A stretch of DNA of 63,540 nucleotides, counting the filler, from Nemertoderma westbladi (taxonomy: Eukaryota > Animalia > Xenacoelomorpha), in assembly GCA_032718475.1 (NCBI GenBank). It is 3 parts of 3 records of this genome, joined end to end, with 100 filler letters (N's around TTAATTAATTAA, not from the genome) between each part and the next. Parts side by side here need not be neighbours in the genome. Positions count along the whole stretch, not along the records: positions 1 to 30,506 come from JAUCBJ010000062.1; 2 more parts are not named here. One strand, written 5' to 3'. The notes beneath the pieces are model-generated. The model did not search any database. It was given only the letters and a program-made list of their open reading frames with translations, and had not been told where the DNA came from. Of the stretch, positions 1 through 13,067 are shown piece after piece. Every line of letters starts with the position of its first letter. The stretch's first letter is position 1. The translations under genes were made by a program, and so were the position numbers.

Positions 1-65
1 CACCATCAGAGACTGATGAGTATATAACAGTAGATAATATATCAGACAATTCAAATGAAACTGAA

Positions 66-970
66 ATGGATCCTACTTACTCATACAGCATAAAGGAAAA
101 GAAAGGTGAATCCCTACAAGGAAGTCAGGTACCAACAAACATAAGAAAAGACTCTGTAATAATCACAAACCCATCAGTGAAATGTCCCTCTACTCTAGAA
201 CAAGTCCTCAAAAACAATGAGACCTGGCAAGAACCAAAAAGATCTGCCAAACCAACCTTCAAATCAAAGATCCAGATGCAGCACAACATTAAGACTGAAA
301 ACAAATATAGTGAACTAGATAATGATACCAAAATTACCATACTTCCACAACAACTGACTGATTTCTTGGTGAATCTAAATAATGTTTCCAAAGAAACTGT
401 CAATCTAAGAAAATCACAAGATAGTAGCAAGAATGAACACAACAACTTTAAGCAACATCAAACGAGATACGAACAAGAAACCCAACGAAGCACCCCTTCC
501 AACAAACGGAAGCAGTAGAAGCAGCACAGATATGAAGCGGAATAATAAAGGGTTTGATCTACACTACAAAACCTCTAGGGATTCATACTGGCACAATAAC
601 AATCAAGCCAACTATAATGGTAATCAATATAAATCTATCCTGCAAGATAATAATAGGCATACGGAGTATGTGAGGAACTCTTGGAGACATACCCCAGAAT
701 CATCTCGACACCAAAGTCAAACATACCAGCAGTATCAGAAGAACAGAGTGAGTAGACATGATTATCCACATCAACACTTCCCTAACCCTCATCTAAGAGA
801 CCAATCTGAACATACCTCGTACCCCAGTAATGACCAATGTGACATAACCTATGATAACAGGTATTACAACCGATCCAACATAAGTCATATGGCTAGGAAT
901 CGTTTTTAAGCTAGCTCCGAGTATCACAACTGGAGACCTAAATTTCAAAAATGCTGGAAATACGAGTAAT
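66..970 (+). other. Low-complexity polar overlapping ORFs, possibly the decayed end of a retroelement ORF1
   Basis: Overlapping N/Q/S/K-rich ORFs 66-518 and 433-909 in different frames; A/C-rich strand bias; no recognisable domain. Confidence 0.2.
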
Positions 971-1697
971 ATTTTGCAGAGAAGTGAAATCAGTCTTTCT
1001 CAGTTTTTAAGACTTGCATTTTAATTTTCACATTTTTTACTCAAAATAGATAGATAGACAATTTGTTGTCAAAGAATAGTTAAGGAATGTCTCGCAAAGT
1101 TTATTCATGGGATTTTTCAGTGAATCTAATTTCGCAATAAAAAAATGTCAAATTAATAGTGCTAAAACCCAGCATCACTCTGTAGAACAAATATATTATA
1201 AAAATGTAATATACTATATTAACACTGACACATTGACTTACCTATACATAGTTGCAACACTACAGTGTATACATGAGACATTGTTTCATAATGTTACATA
1301 TCGAATAACACTATTACTGCTATATCTAGCACATACTCACAACAATCAATACCCTACATCTAAACATTAATTATCATTCCATCTTATATTCAAACGTAAT
1401 TAACCTGTCAATATTGTACTGATAATGTATGTAGAACAAGTAAATTATTATTATTAGTTAGATGTATTTCGTATTAATTAATATGCATTTTATGCTATCG
1501 AAATCATTAGAATAATTGGATCTCGTTGGTAACATATGCTATAGTATAGAATTCAATGAACAATAATTTATAATTGATACTACCACAAGCTATTTGTAAA
1601 CATCTGCGACCAGTTATGATGAATAAATCGATATTGAATAATTATTACTTGGCATTCAACAGCTATAACTCGGATATTTATCGCCTTTTTCTCTCGA

Positions 1698-1765
1698 GGT
1701 TGGGTGGAAGAGTGGGTGACGAGTTGTGAGGAGTTATAACAGTCCCGAGTTCGAACCCGGTTGAA
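1698..1765 (+). mobile_element. Degenerate tRNA-derived head (SINE-like) with Pol III A/B boxes
   Basis: GGTTGGGTGGAAGAGTGG (A-box-like, resembles the 5' end of the tRNA-Leu at 48685) and CCGAGTTCGAACCCGG (B box/T arm); no intact anticodon arm. Confidence 0.4.
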
Positions 1766-1810
1766 TATTTTGTTATCTGAAAAATTGCGAAATTAAATTT
1801 AGTTACTGGT

Positions 1811-2060
1811 GAAAAATAGTAGAAGTTACCTGTAGACACCTCTAGCGTCTGTAAAATAAAGGTTGGTAAATATGAAAATACTGGTTGCTGAAAAATAGCG
1901 ATTTGAAAAATAGTAGAAGTTACCTGTAGACACCTCTAGCGTCTGTAAAATAACGGTTGGTAAATATGAAAATACTGGTTGCTGAAAAATTGCGATTTGA
2001 AATATAGTAGAAGTTACCTGATGCTAAGTGTAGACACTCGAACACCTGTAAAATAAAGGC
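1811..2060 (+). repeat. Tandem repeat, 94-bp unit, about 2.5 copies
   Basis: GAAAAATAGTAGAAGTTACCTG (third copy with one substitution) recurs at 1811, 1905 and 1999. Confidence 0.85.
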
Positions 2061-2953
2061 TTATGATTGGACGGATGAGTAGCGTTGGGGGGACTAATAA
2101 CGCCTCTAGCGGAAGATGCGGGAACTTGAGAAGTTGCCATGGTTACGGATTAAATGCTGACATCTGATTGGTTGAAATAATAACGACCACCGCTAAAGGT
2201 TGAAATAGTGGCTTCTGATTGGACAGAGTACCAGAAATGGATGGTAATGATGGGCTACGGGTGACCATGGCCGGGTGTCATAGTATTGTATACTACTTAT
2301 AGGGTGGTCAAATGGATCGTATAGGGTCTCTGTATATGTATATCCAATGATCCACTCATTTGTTCTAAACCTCCATTTTCTTTTAGATCCTTCATAACTG
2401 GGTAAAATTACTAAAAGTTTAAATAAAGTAATATAGAATAATGTCACTGAGTAACAATTAAATATTTTGCATCTGCGCGAGGCTGCTATTTAAATACAGT
2501 AAAGTAAATACACCGAAACATTTTGTTTACTTATTAAGTGATACATAATAATTATATATTATAGGTGGTCATTGTAGCTACTTATGATATAAACATGATG
2601 TTCCAGAATGTGTATTTTTTCTTAATAAAATGACATCGCCTATTGCTCAGATGCAGAACCATGTAACTTGTGAAAATAATTCTGACACACCCACTAAGGG
2701 AGGTGAAAGTATCTATATTTCAAATTTCATGCAATCTAATTAATTAAAATGTATAGGACGATCGTGGCGTTAGTGATAATAATTATTTGAGAATGTTCTT
2801 GTTCAAAATCGATAATTGTTTGAAAGAATAATGAAAAATTAAATTAAAATTATTATATATTAATAAAAAAAATAAAAAATATACCTATATTATATAGGTG
2901 GAGCGGATTGGATTGGATATAGGCCTACTATGTAACGGTTTGACTCCCCCAAG

Positions 2954-3855
2954 GTAAACGTTACTGTAAACCATGGTTGTCTGTTAAACCTGAAACAGGA
3001 GTAATTATGGCGGGCCAGAGCACCGAAGTTGTAGTACAAGTGTATGTAATGAAAGGAACCGCGGGTCTACTCACCCGAGGGGAAGATAAAATCGATGACA
3101 CTCTAGTCCTATCTTTGTACGAAGGGAACTCCATATATGTGTCAGTGTTGGGGAACTACATCCCTTCCTGTTTCGGCAGCTCATTGGAAAGTCTCGTCCA
3201 GATGCCATGTCCAATACGGGAGGTGCCGATAGAACAAATCGTTGAAAACGAGCGAGCAGCTAAACGCCATGATGCATTGCAACTTGAACAGAACCAAGTT
3301 TACGACATCCCGAAGGAACTGTGGCTGTTAGTTGATCACTTGTATCGCAATGGGGCCGACCATAAAGACCTTTTTATACAGGCTGGACATGACGGGGATT
3401 TTTTCAAAATCCGCGATTATCTCGACACGGGAAAACCTGAGTCACTGACTGGTATGATTTCCTCTACAGCTGATGCATTAGTCGTGTTCCTAGACAGTCT
3501 GCCTGAACCAGTAATACCAACATATGAGTATGATATGTGTCTGAGTAAATGCAAGGACCCGTATTATTGTAAGAAGTTGATCGACGGGATGCCAACCTGT
3601 CATAAGAATGTGTTTAACTACATCATATGTTTCCTTCGTTATCTTCTGGACGATAGATTTCTTAACATTGCTGGCAAGTCGCATAAGGATAAAGATGATA
3701 TACGTACCAATAAGCTGAAGGCTTTCGCACATATATTCGGGGATGTTTGTTTGAAACCTATGGTGCCTTGTTTGAAACAAAACTCAGAGCGATCTACTGA
3801 TTTTATTTGCCTTTTCCTCGACGAGGAATCTACTAATCCGAGAGCGAGAAGATGA
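2954..3855 (+). CDS. OCRL: Terminal exon (ASH + RhoGAP-like) of an OCRL/INPP5B-like paralog; upstream exon not in window
   Basis: Phase-1 acceptor CCCCAAG| then KRYCKPWLSVKP...GNYIPSCFGSSLE...IPKELWLLVDHLY...LPEPVIP; paralogous to 17996-18906. Confidence 0.8.
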
Positions 3856-4769
3856 GAAACCATTGGTAACCAGAAATAAGTAATCATTGATAACAATCAT
3901 TATTAATTTATAAGGATAATCCCGGAAACATAAGCATAACCCCGGAAGCAAGGATATTCCCGGAAAACAAATTGATAGCTAGTAATCATTAATCAGAAAG
4001 CAGCAACCATAACAACCAATTCAATATTGTATTAGATTTACAAGTTTATTTTTTAGTTCGGTTTCATTAAGAATTGTTTTATTTAATATTTCTGACATCA
4101 TTTTCAATATATAATTTTGAAATAATTTATTAGAAAAATACTTCTCATTATTGATGTATTTTGTTAGATGTATATTGTATATTGGATTTATTTCTATAAA
4201 GGCTAATAAAGGGGTCTAGATAAAGGGGGACTCCTTCCGTCCTTAGCCCAGTAGTAGACAAGCACTGCGCGCGCAGTATAGACCTACTTTTGTGAAAATA
4301 CAGTATTGTCATTCCTGCCATGACTGACCACAACGATTTTCCAGAGATGATTATCATTGCAAAGGCTGTTTTAACCTTTGAAAGTAATAATAATAATAAT
4401 AATTAATCATATTTTGATTCATTTAACTGTTAACTCTTGGAAATATCGGTGGGGAGAACTTAGGTGGACCTGACTGTGTCGGGACACTCCACTCAAGTGC
4501 TGTCACCCCCCCCCCCCCCCCCGGCCCCCGCCCCCATTCCGGTTGCATCCTCGTTCTGTGACACTCTCCCCCCTATCCTTGTGTAGTTATTATTTCCAAA
4601 TTGGACAATTTTGAATTTTTTATGAAGTTGATTGAATATGATTATATACGCAATATAAAGATAAACATGAAAGTAAAATGATAAAGATAAAACGATAACA
4701 TAAACATAATTCATATATACAAAAAGCGAATTAAAGTCTCATCGTTCAATAAGAGAGTTACTGAGAGTA

Positions 4770-5725
4770 CTGGAATTACTGCTGCTCTAAATAATCGGAC
4801 CTTACGTTTCCGATGAATTCTATGTGACTTCCAAATCCTGGAAAGCCTATTCAAGGCAGCCCATGCCTTTCCCTTACGTATTCGAAGGTCCTCACCTGAC
4901 TTCCGGATCCATGATCCCAGGTAACAGAAGTCGTCCACATGCTCAAGCATACCATCCTTCGAGCTTATGCTCATCCGGTCAGAGACTTGCTGAGGTCTTT
5001 CAAAGTTAACTGTCAAAACTTTGGTCTTTTGGAGTTAATAAAAGGACCAAATCTAGAAGCAGCCTGTCCCAATGAGCTGAGGAGCCGTTGGGCTCCCTCT
5101 AGTGATTCTGAGAGTACTCTAAGTCATCAGCAAAGTCTAAATCAGTTACGTACTTACTTTGGCCGGATTTCCTCGACTTCTGGAGCCAGTATGTGGAGTT
5201 TCAATCACCCCATCATAATTATGATGATCTAAGGACATGCGTAGAACATAGTCACCCACAATTATGAATAACAATGGCGCAAGTGTGACATGCCATTTCG
5301 AATGGTTTTGTGTCACCGTCAACAGTCGACACAAATGTTGTCGAACCATCGCATACTGATCTGATTGCTGTAATAATTTCATCAGGAATCCCATATAATG
5401 AAAGTATGCTGAAAATACGTGAGCGAGACACTGAATCAAAGGCCTTGAAGAAGTCAACAAAGATAACAGCAGATGCCTGTCTTTCTTTTTTGATATCTCT
5501 TCAAACAATTAAATTATCCTTCTAAGTGCCAAAATGGGCTCCATGGTCCCACGACATTTACGGAACCCATTCTGATTTCCACTGAGCAGTCTCTCAATGG
5601 GATCCCTGATGCGATTTAATAGAATTCTATTGCATAGCTTTGCAGAAATCGAGATCTACCGTATGAGATTCCCCGAAAAGAACTATAGAGTGTTAGGTTG
5701 CCCTTCTTGGGAACTGGCACCAACT
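4770..5725 (-). mobile_element. Degenerate RTE-like LINE reverse transcriptase fragment
   Basis: Minus strand VPVPKKGNL, NQNGFR, LAPLLFIIVGDYVLR, VDDFCYLGSWI..RKGKAWAAL; frameshifted homolog of the RT at 37259-38885. Confidence 0.85.
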
Positions 5726-6139
5726 TATTATTGTTTTCATTTCTTGTGAGACTCTTGTCATTCTGTACATGTCTACTATGATGGGATAGATGAGCTTTAA
5801 ACGCTCAGGTATTTTAAAGTTAAAAGTTTAGTAACACGAGGAGGGCTCGTGTTAGAAAAATATTTTTTTCATGTCTCCTCCCGGGCTGTTTTGCTTAATT
5901 TAATTATAAAAATATGTTACGTTGTAGCAATTTACAAACTTATCTATAAAAACAATAATAATAATTAATTAATAATATTAACAACAACAAAAACCCCGGT
6001 TAAACGGTTAAACTAAGTCGCGGAATTTGGAGCATAAACCCCGCGAGTTCTGTCGACTTTGAAAAATCTTCTTCGTATTAACTTGATGAGGGTGGATTGG
6101 AGGAATCCGGACGTGTACCAGACTATGCCGGAATACAAT

Positions 6140-7995
6140 GGGGTAGACGACTCGGAAATTTTTTTTCGAGTTTTTGTTGGTTTCATGTGAAAGAGCATGT
6201 GAAAAAACCCCAGAGAGCAATTTTACTTCAAAAAAATTAATATTTGCCGAGTTATAGCAATTATAAAACGCAAAATTAGCAACATCGAAAAATCAGGCCG
6301 TTTCAGAAAACTGCACGAGTGACGTCAGCCATAACACAGCAACAGTTGTCAAGCGCTGTTGATTGGCTAATATAAAGTATAATATTGCAGTATCTAAAAT
6401 AAAACAAATAATAAATGTAGCTAAGTATTTATTTGGATGTGTATTTGTGTTGTGTTAAGAATCGATTATAGGATAGCGGCATGGAGGCAAATTATTAATA
6501 TCAAGTTAATTATTCTAGAATAATATTTATTTCACCCATACCTGTACCGTAGAGCTGTAGCTAAAAACAAATATAGCTAGCTAAATACTGCCAGGCGTTT
6601 CATTAATCTATTTTTTAAGCGTTCTTACAGCGAACAATGCGGGATGGGTAGATTAGCACTAGATGGAAATTATTTAGATTTTTTGTCAGTTAACTGTAAA
6701 GTGTTACTGGTACTAGTGTTGCCCGTGTCACCATTATTCTGCCTTTCATAATAGCTGTTTTTGGTTTGACATCCAAAAATATCAAAATACCAAAAAATAC
6801 CAAAACTTAATGTTTTGGGCTATTGATTTATGGTCTTGACATATTTTGGCTAGTTACATGTGAAAAAAAAATGTTTTAAAGAAAATAAAAACAAATGTTT
6901 GTGATAGCTAGTGTTTTCAATGGTATGTACTGTTTTAATATTGTAGCTAGTGTTTTTATAAAATACCACAAAATCTTATTTATTGATGCCATTTCAGATG
7001 CCATTACACCAACGCATGTGGTAGAAGTAAAATGTCCAACATCAAAACATGCCATTCAAAAATCTTATCTTACACAATCGAATATCGTAAGCGCTAAATT
7101 CATGGCACAAATGCAACTTCAAATGCATCTTTGCAATAAACAATGGGCCTTGTTTAGCGTCGCAGATCCATCTTTTGAAATAAATGGCGAAGTGAAAATA
7201 GTTGAAGTATCATATGATTCCATATACATGCAAAGTTTACTGAAAAGTAGTAGTAGCTTCTACAAGAAATATATATTTCCCAAAATTGTGAAAAAATAGA
7301 TAATTAAAAAATGTAAATTATACAGTAGTTATAGTTCAACTAAATTCTGATTAATGCTGATTGTATTGAGATGGCAGCTGAAGATACTACGTCATCCATT
7401 ACAGCTACATGGACTAACTATCAATGCTTTTTGGAATTCAATAATTTAACTTGTATAAAAATAATTACAATCAGAAAAAGTGCGAATCCACAATCTGTAT
7501 CCGAATCCGTAATCTAAGTTTTGAAGCTGAATAAAACATCAATAAGCTACTGGATTTCTACCACCTGGCAGTTTTAGCTACAAAATATGTTTTATTTTTA
7601 TAGCTAACAACTGTATAGTTTGGGAAAAATAATTATTATTCTGGAATAATTAACTTGTCATGAATCAATTTCCACATTAAGATATCAAATAATGTATTCT
7701 TAACACAACACAAAAACACACTAAATAAATATTAGCTACACAATTTATTTTAGTTACTAAGAGATTTATATTGTATAGTAACCAATGAACATTTACTGCT
7801 GCACTAGTGACGTCACTAGTGCAGTTTTCTGAAACGGCCTGATTTTTCGATGTTGCTAATTTTGCGTTTTAAAATCGCTATAACTCGGCCAATATTAATT
7901 TTTTTTAAGTAAAATTGCTCTCTGGGGTTTTTTCACATGCTCTTTCACATGAAACCAACGAAAACTCGAAAAAAATTTTCCGAGTCGTCTACCCC
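6140..7995. mobile_element. Internally deleted ISL2EU-like (PIF/Harbinger-related) DNA transposon
   Basis: About 190-bp TIRs GGGGTAGACGACTCGG...CCGAGTCGTCTACCCC with further degenerate subterminal IR; AT on both sides (6138-39, 7996-97); internal YqaJ exonuclease remnant. Confidence 0.75.
6970..7299 (+). pseudogene. C-terminal fragment of a YqaJ/lambda-exonuclease-like PD-(D/E)xK nuclease
   Basis: SDAITPTHVVEVKCP...KFMAQMQLQMHLC...ALFSVADPSFE...KKYIFPKI matches the (S/P)D..E.KCP..Q.Q.QM pattern. Confidence 0.7.
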
Positions 7996-8719
7996 ATTGC
8001 GGGGTGGTGAGCCCCCCCTCCCGATACCCTGGTTCCATAACGGCTTATGAATGAATGTTCCGTTCCCATGCCGATCCCGTCACGAAAAATCTTTCAGAGT
8101 TGAGTTGAGTCCGAATAACTTCGAGAACGTCTCATTAGATATAACAATAATAAAAATATAATATTATAATGTAATTAATTAACCAATTACTTTGTTATTC
8201 TTCACGACCACAAACTTCGTTATTGGAAAAAATATTCGAAATTGGTAATCAGGCAACCAAAATCGGTATTTTTGTCAATAACACCAAATTAGTAACTTAA
8301 TAATACTGTATACTGTACTTAATCACAATTGATGATAATATTTTTTTATTCATGTTAATATTGCTAGTAGTGAGTGTCACGTGAATATTGAAAAAAATAT
8401 TGTCATTAGTAGGCCTATCAATAATAATTTATACAGTACTTACAGAAGGAATGTCACAGTGCACGGTATGGTAAGAACTACTTGTCCTGCCCTTTTTGTC
8501 TGAGACGACTGCGAGTGGGCTGATTGCTTATTAAACTTCTTAGCAGTGCAAGTCACGAGACGATCTGGGCCGCCGGATACTGGCCCTACATTACCGGCGG
8601 GTTGTCCATAACAACAGACCTTAACGAAGTCCGAGTCCGCCGACTTATTTTTCCATCTAAAAATATTTACTAAAGTGTATTAGATAGGCCTAGTGTATTA
8701 GTAACTGTATTTCTAATTA

Positions 8720-9652
8720 CATCATGACCCGTAATATACAGTAGTGTCATTTTCTGATGACAAGGACCCCCCTCCCCAAATTTTTCTACAAATCTTTATC
8801 ATATTGCTTGAAATTTGAAACACAACTACTGTAGTTCAACTCACCGTGATTGTTACCATGAAGCCGTAATTTCTTATTTCGCCTTTAAATTTTTCCTATA
8901 AGCGTTTTAAAAAAATGTCCTTTGAGAAATAGCACTATCCGCATCATTGCCATTCTTTAAATTAGTCGTATAGATTCAATAACAATACGTCAATATTTAT
9001 CAATAAAAAGCTTGCGTTGCAAGGATTCCAAATATGTAACAATATCTGAACTTCGTCGTGAAGCAGCTGAGAAATAGGAAGAACAATTATTGGAAGGAAG
9101 GCTGAGAAGTTATTGTTATCTGCAGGCCATTTATTCTATTTAATAAATACACAATATTCTGGAACAATTTGCTTATGTATGATTAGCTACGCAATATAGA
9201 TATTGTATAGGCATACCACTGTTGCCTACCAACTCATAACATAAATTTTGTTTCAGAATTTTGTGTATTTATTAAATAGAATAAATGGCCTGCAGCGAAC
9301 AATAGAAAATTTTTGCAATCTTTGAACGCTTATTTCTCAGCTGTTTCTCAACGAAATTCAGAGATTGTTACATATTTGAAATCCTTGCAACCAAAGCTTT
9401 CTAATGATATGAAAGAATTACGATTAGTATGAATAATGGCAATGATACGGAGGGTTCGATTTCGCAAAAGACACTTTTTTAAAACGCTTAAAAATCCTAA
9501 AATTCCGGCTTCATGGTAAAAACCACGGTGAATTGAACTACTTGTGTTTCAAATTTCAAGCAACATGGTAAAGATTTGTAGACAAATTTGGGGGGGGGGG
9601 GGGGGGGGGGGCATTGTCATCAGAACATGACACTATATTACGGGTCATGGTG
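8720..9652. mobile_element. Foldback MITE with TA TSD (Tc1/mariner-type), family copy 1
   Basis: TA|CATCATGACCCGTAATA...TATTACGGGTCATGGTG|TA; arms of about 430 bp are near-inverted, with poly-C/poly-G tracts; second copy at 62616-63482. Confidence 0.9.
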
Positions 9653-10104
9653 TATATTATATATATTAATATACATACAGTAATGGTGTAAAAAATTGAT
9701 TATATTTTTTATGATATAATGATATGCCTATTTATTCAATCGCCATGATATAGATAGATATTTGAATTCATTAAAAATCACAAATAATGTTTATTTAAGT
9801 TATTATATTAATCTATACACCCCCAGTCGGGGATATAAGTTATGCAAATATATTTCGGAACCTTAACGTGTCATTCTGAATGGAAATACAGTGGTACCTG
9901 GTACAGTAATACTGTTATGAACGTACAGTATATGCTACTGTATATGAATCGTATAGCTGGCTGAGTGGCTGACATAGAATTATAAAATTATATAAGTAAT
10001 ATGTAATTTAACATTAACAATCATGTATGTACTGTAGTTAAGGCAGCATCTAGGTCCCTGAACAGGCAGTACTCTGTTAATCTATAGAAGCTAATAAACC
10101 AAAC

Positions 10105-10285
10105 AGGTTGATGCCATCAATGATGCTGACGACAGAGCAGGCAATCATCCCAGGCATGGAAATCGATCAACTTGCTTACTGGGCGGAAAAAGCCAACCAA
10201 CCACCCTGGTTAAGGAAGAATCACCAGCCGATCGCCTCAATGGTTGGAAGGCCCACTTTGAAAAGCTCCTTAATAATGACAGGGT
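10105..10285 (+). mobile_element. Short RTE-like LINE fragment (pre-RT region)
   Basis: Frameshifted AWKSINLLTGRK...GWKAHFEKLL, similar to KWKNHFSNLL in the RTE copy at about 37280. Confidence 0.55.
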
Positions 10286-10799
10286 ATTGCCTGATTTCTT
10301 AGCGTCGTCAGACCTTTAAGTGTTATATCTATATTTTTAGCAATTGTCAATGTGTGCGATGGACAGAGTATTTGTGGTGAGCATATCTTTCTTATTTTGA
10401 AAGAAATTATTTATTCTTTTGTGCTCTGTTTATTTATCATATATATTCTAAAACTTTTGTCAAAAAATAATTTATATATATGTAGGCCTATACCGGTACA
10501 GTAGTTCTGTCTGTCTGTCTGTAGTGTATCCTGATCCTGGTTCTGGAATCAGAATAATACAGTAATACTTACTGTAATATAACTGTATAATGTGTGATCG
10601 ATGCAGAACCGGTCGGCGGCAGATATGCTATGCAGGTGGGATGTGGGATGGCAGACAATTACAGCACCCCCCCCCCCCCCCCCCACCCCCACCTGCTGAG
10701 CTGTAGCCTGTAGACAGGTAGAGGATATTACTGATTATAGTATTAAGATTTTAATTAGAATTTGCATTTGCGCCGCCACTCACTGAGTCTGATCAGAGT

Positions 10800-11200
10800 C
10801 ATAGATAGATAGATCTGTAGATAGATAGATTTATTTATACATTATGTAAAAAACAATAACAAATACACCAAACAATGTACCGGTATAAAGGTATTGTCCA
10901 ACATAACATATAGGATTACCCCTAAAGCTTTGCAGCTTATTTCCAAGGGGGTCCTTTATGTTACTTGGTTACAAATACAATATTACACTACGCTAACCTA
11001 AAACCAATATAAAACGTAATTACACTATGTACATGTACAACTTTACCAAGAGCGTGACAATGTCCGACTCAACGATAAAGATGTAATGTACAAAACAATT
11101 TATTAGGCCTATAAAACGTAATTACAGTATAAATAGTAAATAATTAATAAACGAATAACTTACTGTAGGACTATGTATTGTACCTATTTTTACATTGCAC
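10800..11200 (-). mobile_element. 3' end of an L2/Crack-type LINE (stem-loop plus microsatellite tail)
   Basis: Minus strand AGGACCCCCTTGGAAATAAGC...GCTTTAGGGGTAATCCT stem-loop (10912-10955), then AATAAAT and (CTAT)n; related stem-loop on + at about 13623-13668. Confidence 0.45.
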
Positions 11201-13067
11201 ACGCAGTCAGCATCTCTCACCGCCACTCAGCCACTGATTCTCTAACTGTCTGACTGTCGATAACCTGACAAATGGTCTAACTCAAACTGCAAACCTACTG
11301 CGCTGGCTACCTGCTGACCTGCCTACTGCAGTACCGGTACCGGTACTCCTAGCACCTAGCAGCCTACTGGCCTAGGCTACTACCAGCTGGCCAGACTACC
11401 GGTAGTACAGTAGTAGGCAGGTAGGTGCGGTGCACTGCGACTGCAGTCTTTCACTAGGCTGCTAGCAGGCAGCAGGCTAGGCAGCTAGGTCTGTAGGTCC
11501 AGTCTGCCAGTGGAGTGTGACTGTGTGAGGGGGAGCGCGAGCGGCTGAGCGGGGAGGGCTGAAGCTGTGAAGTAAAAAAGACTCTGAAACTAGACTGAAG
11601 AACTGCTAGACCAGTAGACAGTCAGACAGTGGACCATGTGGACAGGGACAGCTCAGGCTCAGCAGCTAGACAGCTAGAAGTACTGAAGTAATTAAATCCA
11701 AGCAAAGACAGAAAGAGCCTGCATCCTTCCTGCCTTCCCCCTGTCAGCCTGTAGTTCAGTACAGCAGTACCGGTAGTTCTCACTTCTCTGGGCTTCACGC
11801 TTCACCCACTTCAGCACTTCACTTCTTCAACAGATCAAGCTGTCAATAAGCTTTCGACTCCAGACTCCATCCTCTGATCCTGCCACCATCTGATCATCCA
11901 TTTACTGATTTATCCATAGGCCTAGACCAGCTGAGCTGACCAGTCGGGGAGAAGTTCAAATTTCAACTGAGTTGAAATTTAAAACATTTTTTTTAAATTC
12001 AACTTTAAGCAGTTAAGTTGTAAATTCAACACTAAAATGACAGGGACAGGAGGCACAGAAGGCCCCCAAGACGTGACAAAAGGGGTGTTTTTATTGTTTT
12101 TATGGATGTAACTCGAAAAATTAACCCTCATTACCGATGGAATAAAAATTTTCACCATCGGGAACACTTTATTTTAAAACATTTTAAGTGATTACATTTG
12201 CAAATTACCGGTACTGAATTAGCTGAAATACTACGGGAATTTATTAGATGTATTTAATTACAGCTGAATGTCATAATTATTATACAATGGAATACCAGTA
12301 ATGGATTCCAATTCCATATTTCAGTATTTCCAAAGCTAGGCAGCTAGGGGCTGAGGGGTATTCCAAAAGTTGAATTTTAAAAAAAAGTTGAATTTTAAAA
12401 AAAAGTTGAATTTTAAACTCTAGGCCCCTATTCCAAAAGTTGAATTTTCTGCAGTATGATCTGCATGATGATCTGCAGTGTGCTGGTACTGGTATGCGTG
12501 GTATGATAAGATAAGAGATAAAATAGCCTACTGGAATGGAACTGTCAGACTGTAGGCCTGCTATCACTCTAAGCCTACAGGCAGACAGGTGACAGGCTAC
12601 GCTACAGCTACAGGTATAGCACCTATAGGGCTAGTCAGCTAGTTCGGTTTTCGGTAGCAGAGTACCTTACGGTTACGGACCTTACCTAGTCTGGTAGTAG
12701 TAATAAATACTGTCTGACTGTAATATTTTATCAACCTGTCAACATTAGGTACCGGTAATCAGTTAATACATCTCATCCTGTCATCTAACCTTCCGTAACT
12801 AAAATAAGATATTATTGATATAGCAGTATAGCTGTATAGGGCAGGATAGGCCTACAGGGGGTAAATGGCTAAATATTGTAAATTTGATATTTTTAGGGCC
12901 ACCTTAAAATTTAGGGGTAGCAGGCCTACTCAGTCTGTCAGTGCTCAGCTACTTACTGACTTACCGGTACGTTAGTTTGTTTTATTAAAATTTGGTATTT
13001 ACTGATTTATTAGGTCTTTTTATTGTACCGGTATCCATGTTATCAGTTTATTACTTATAGTTCTAAT

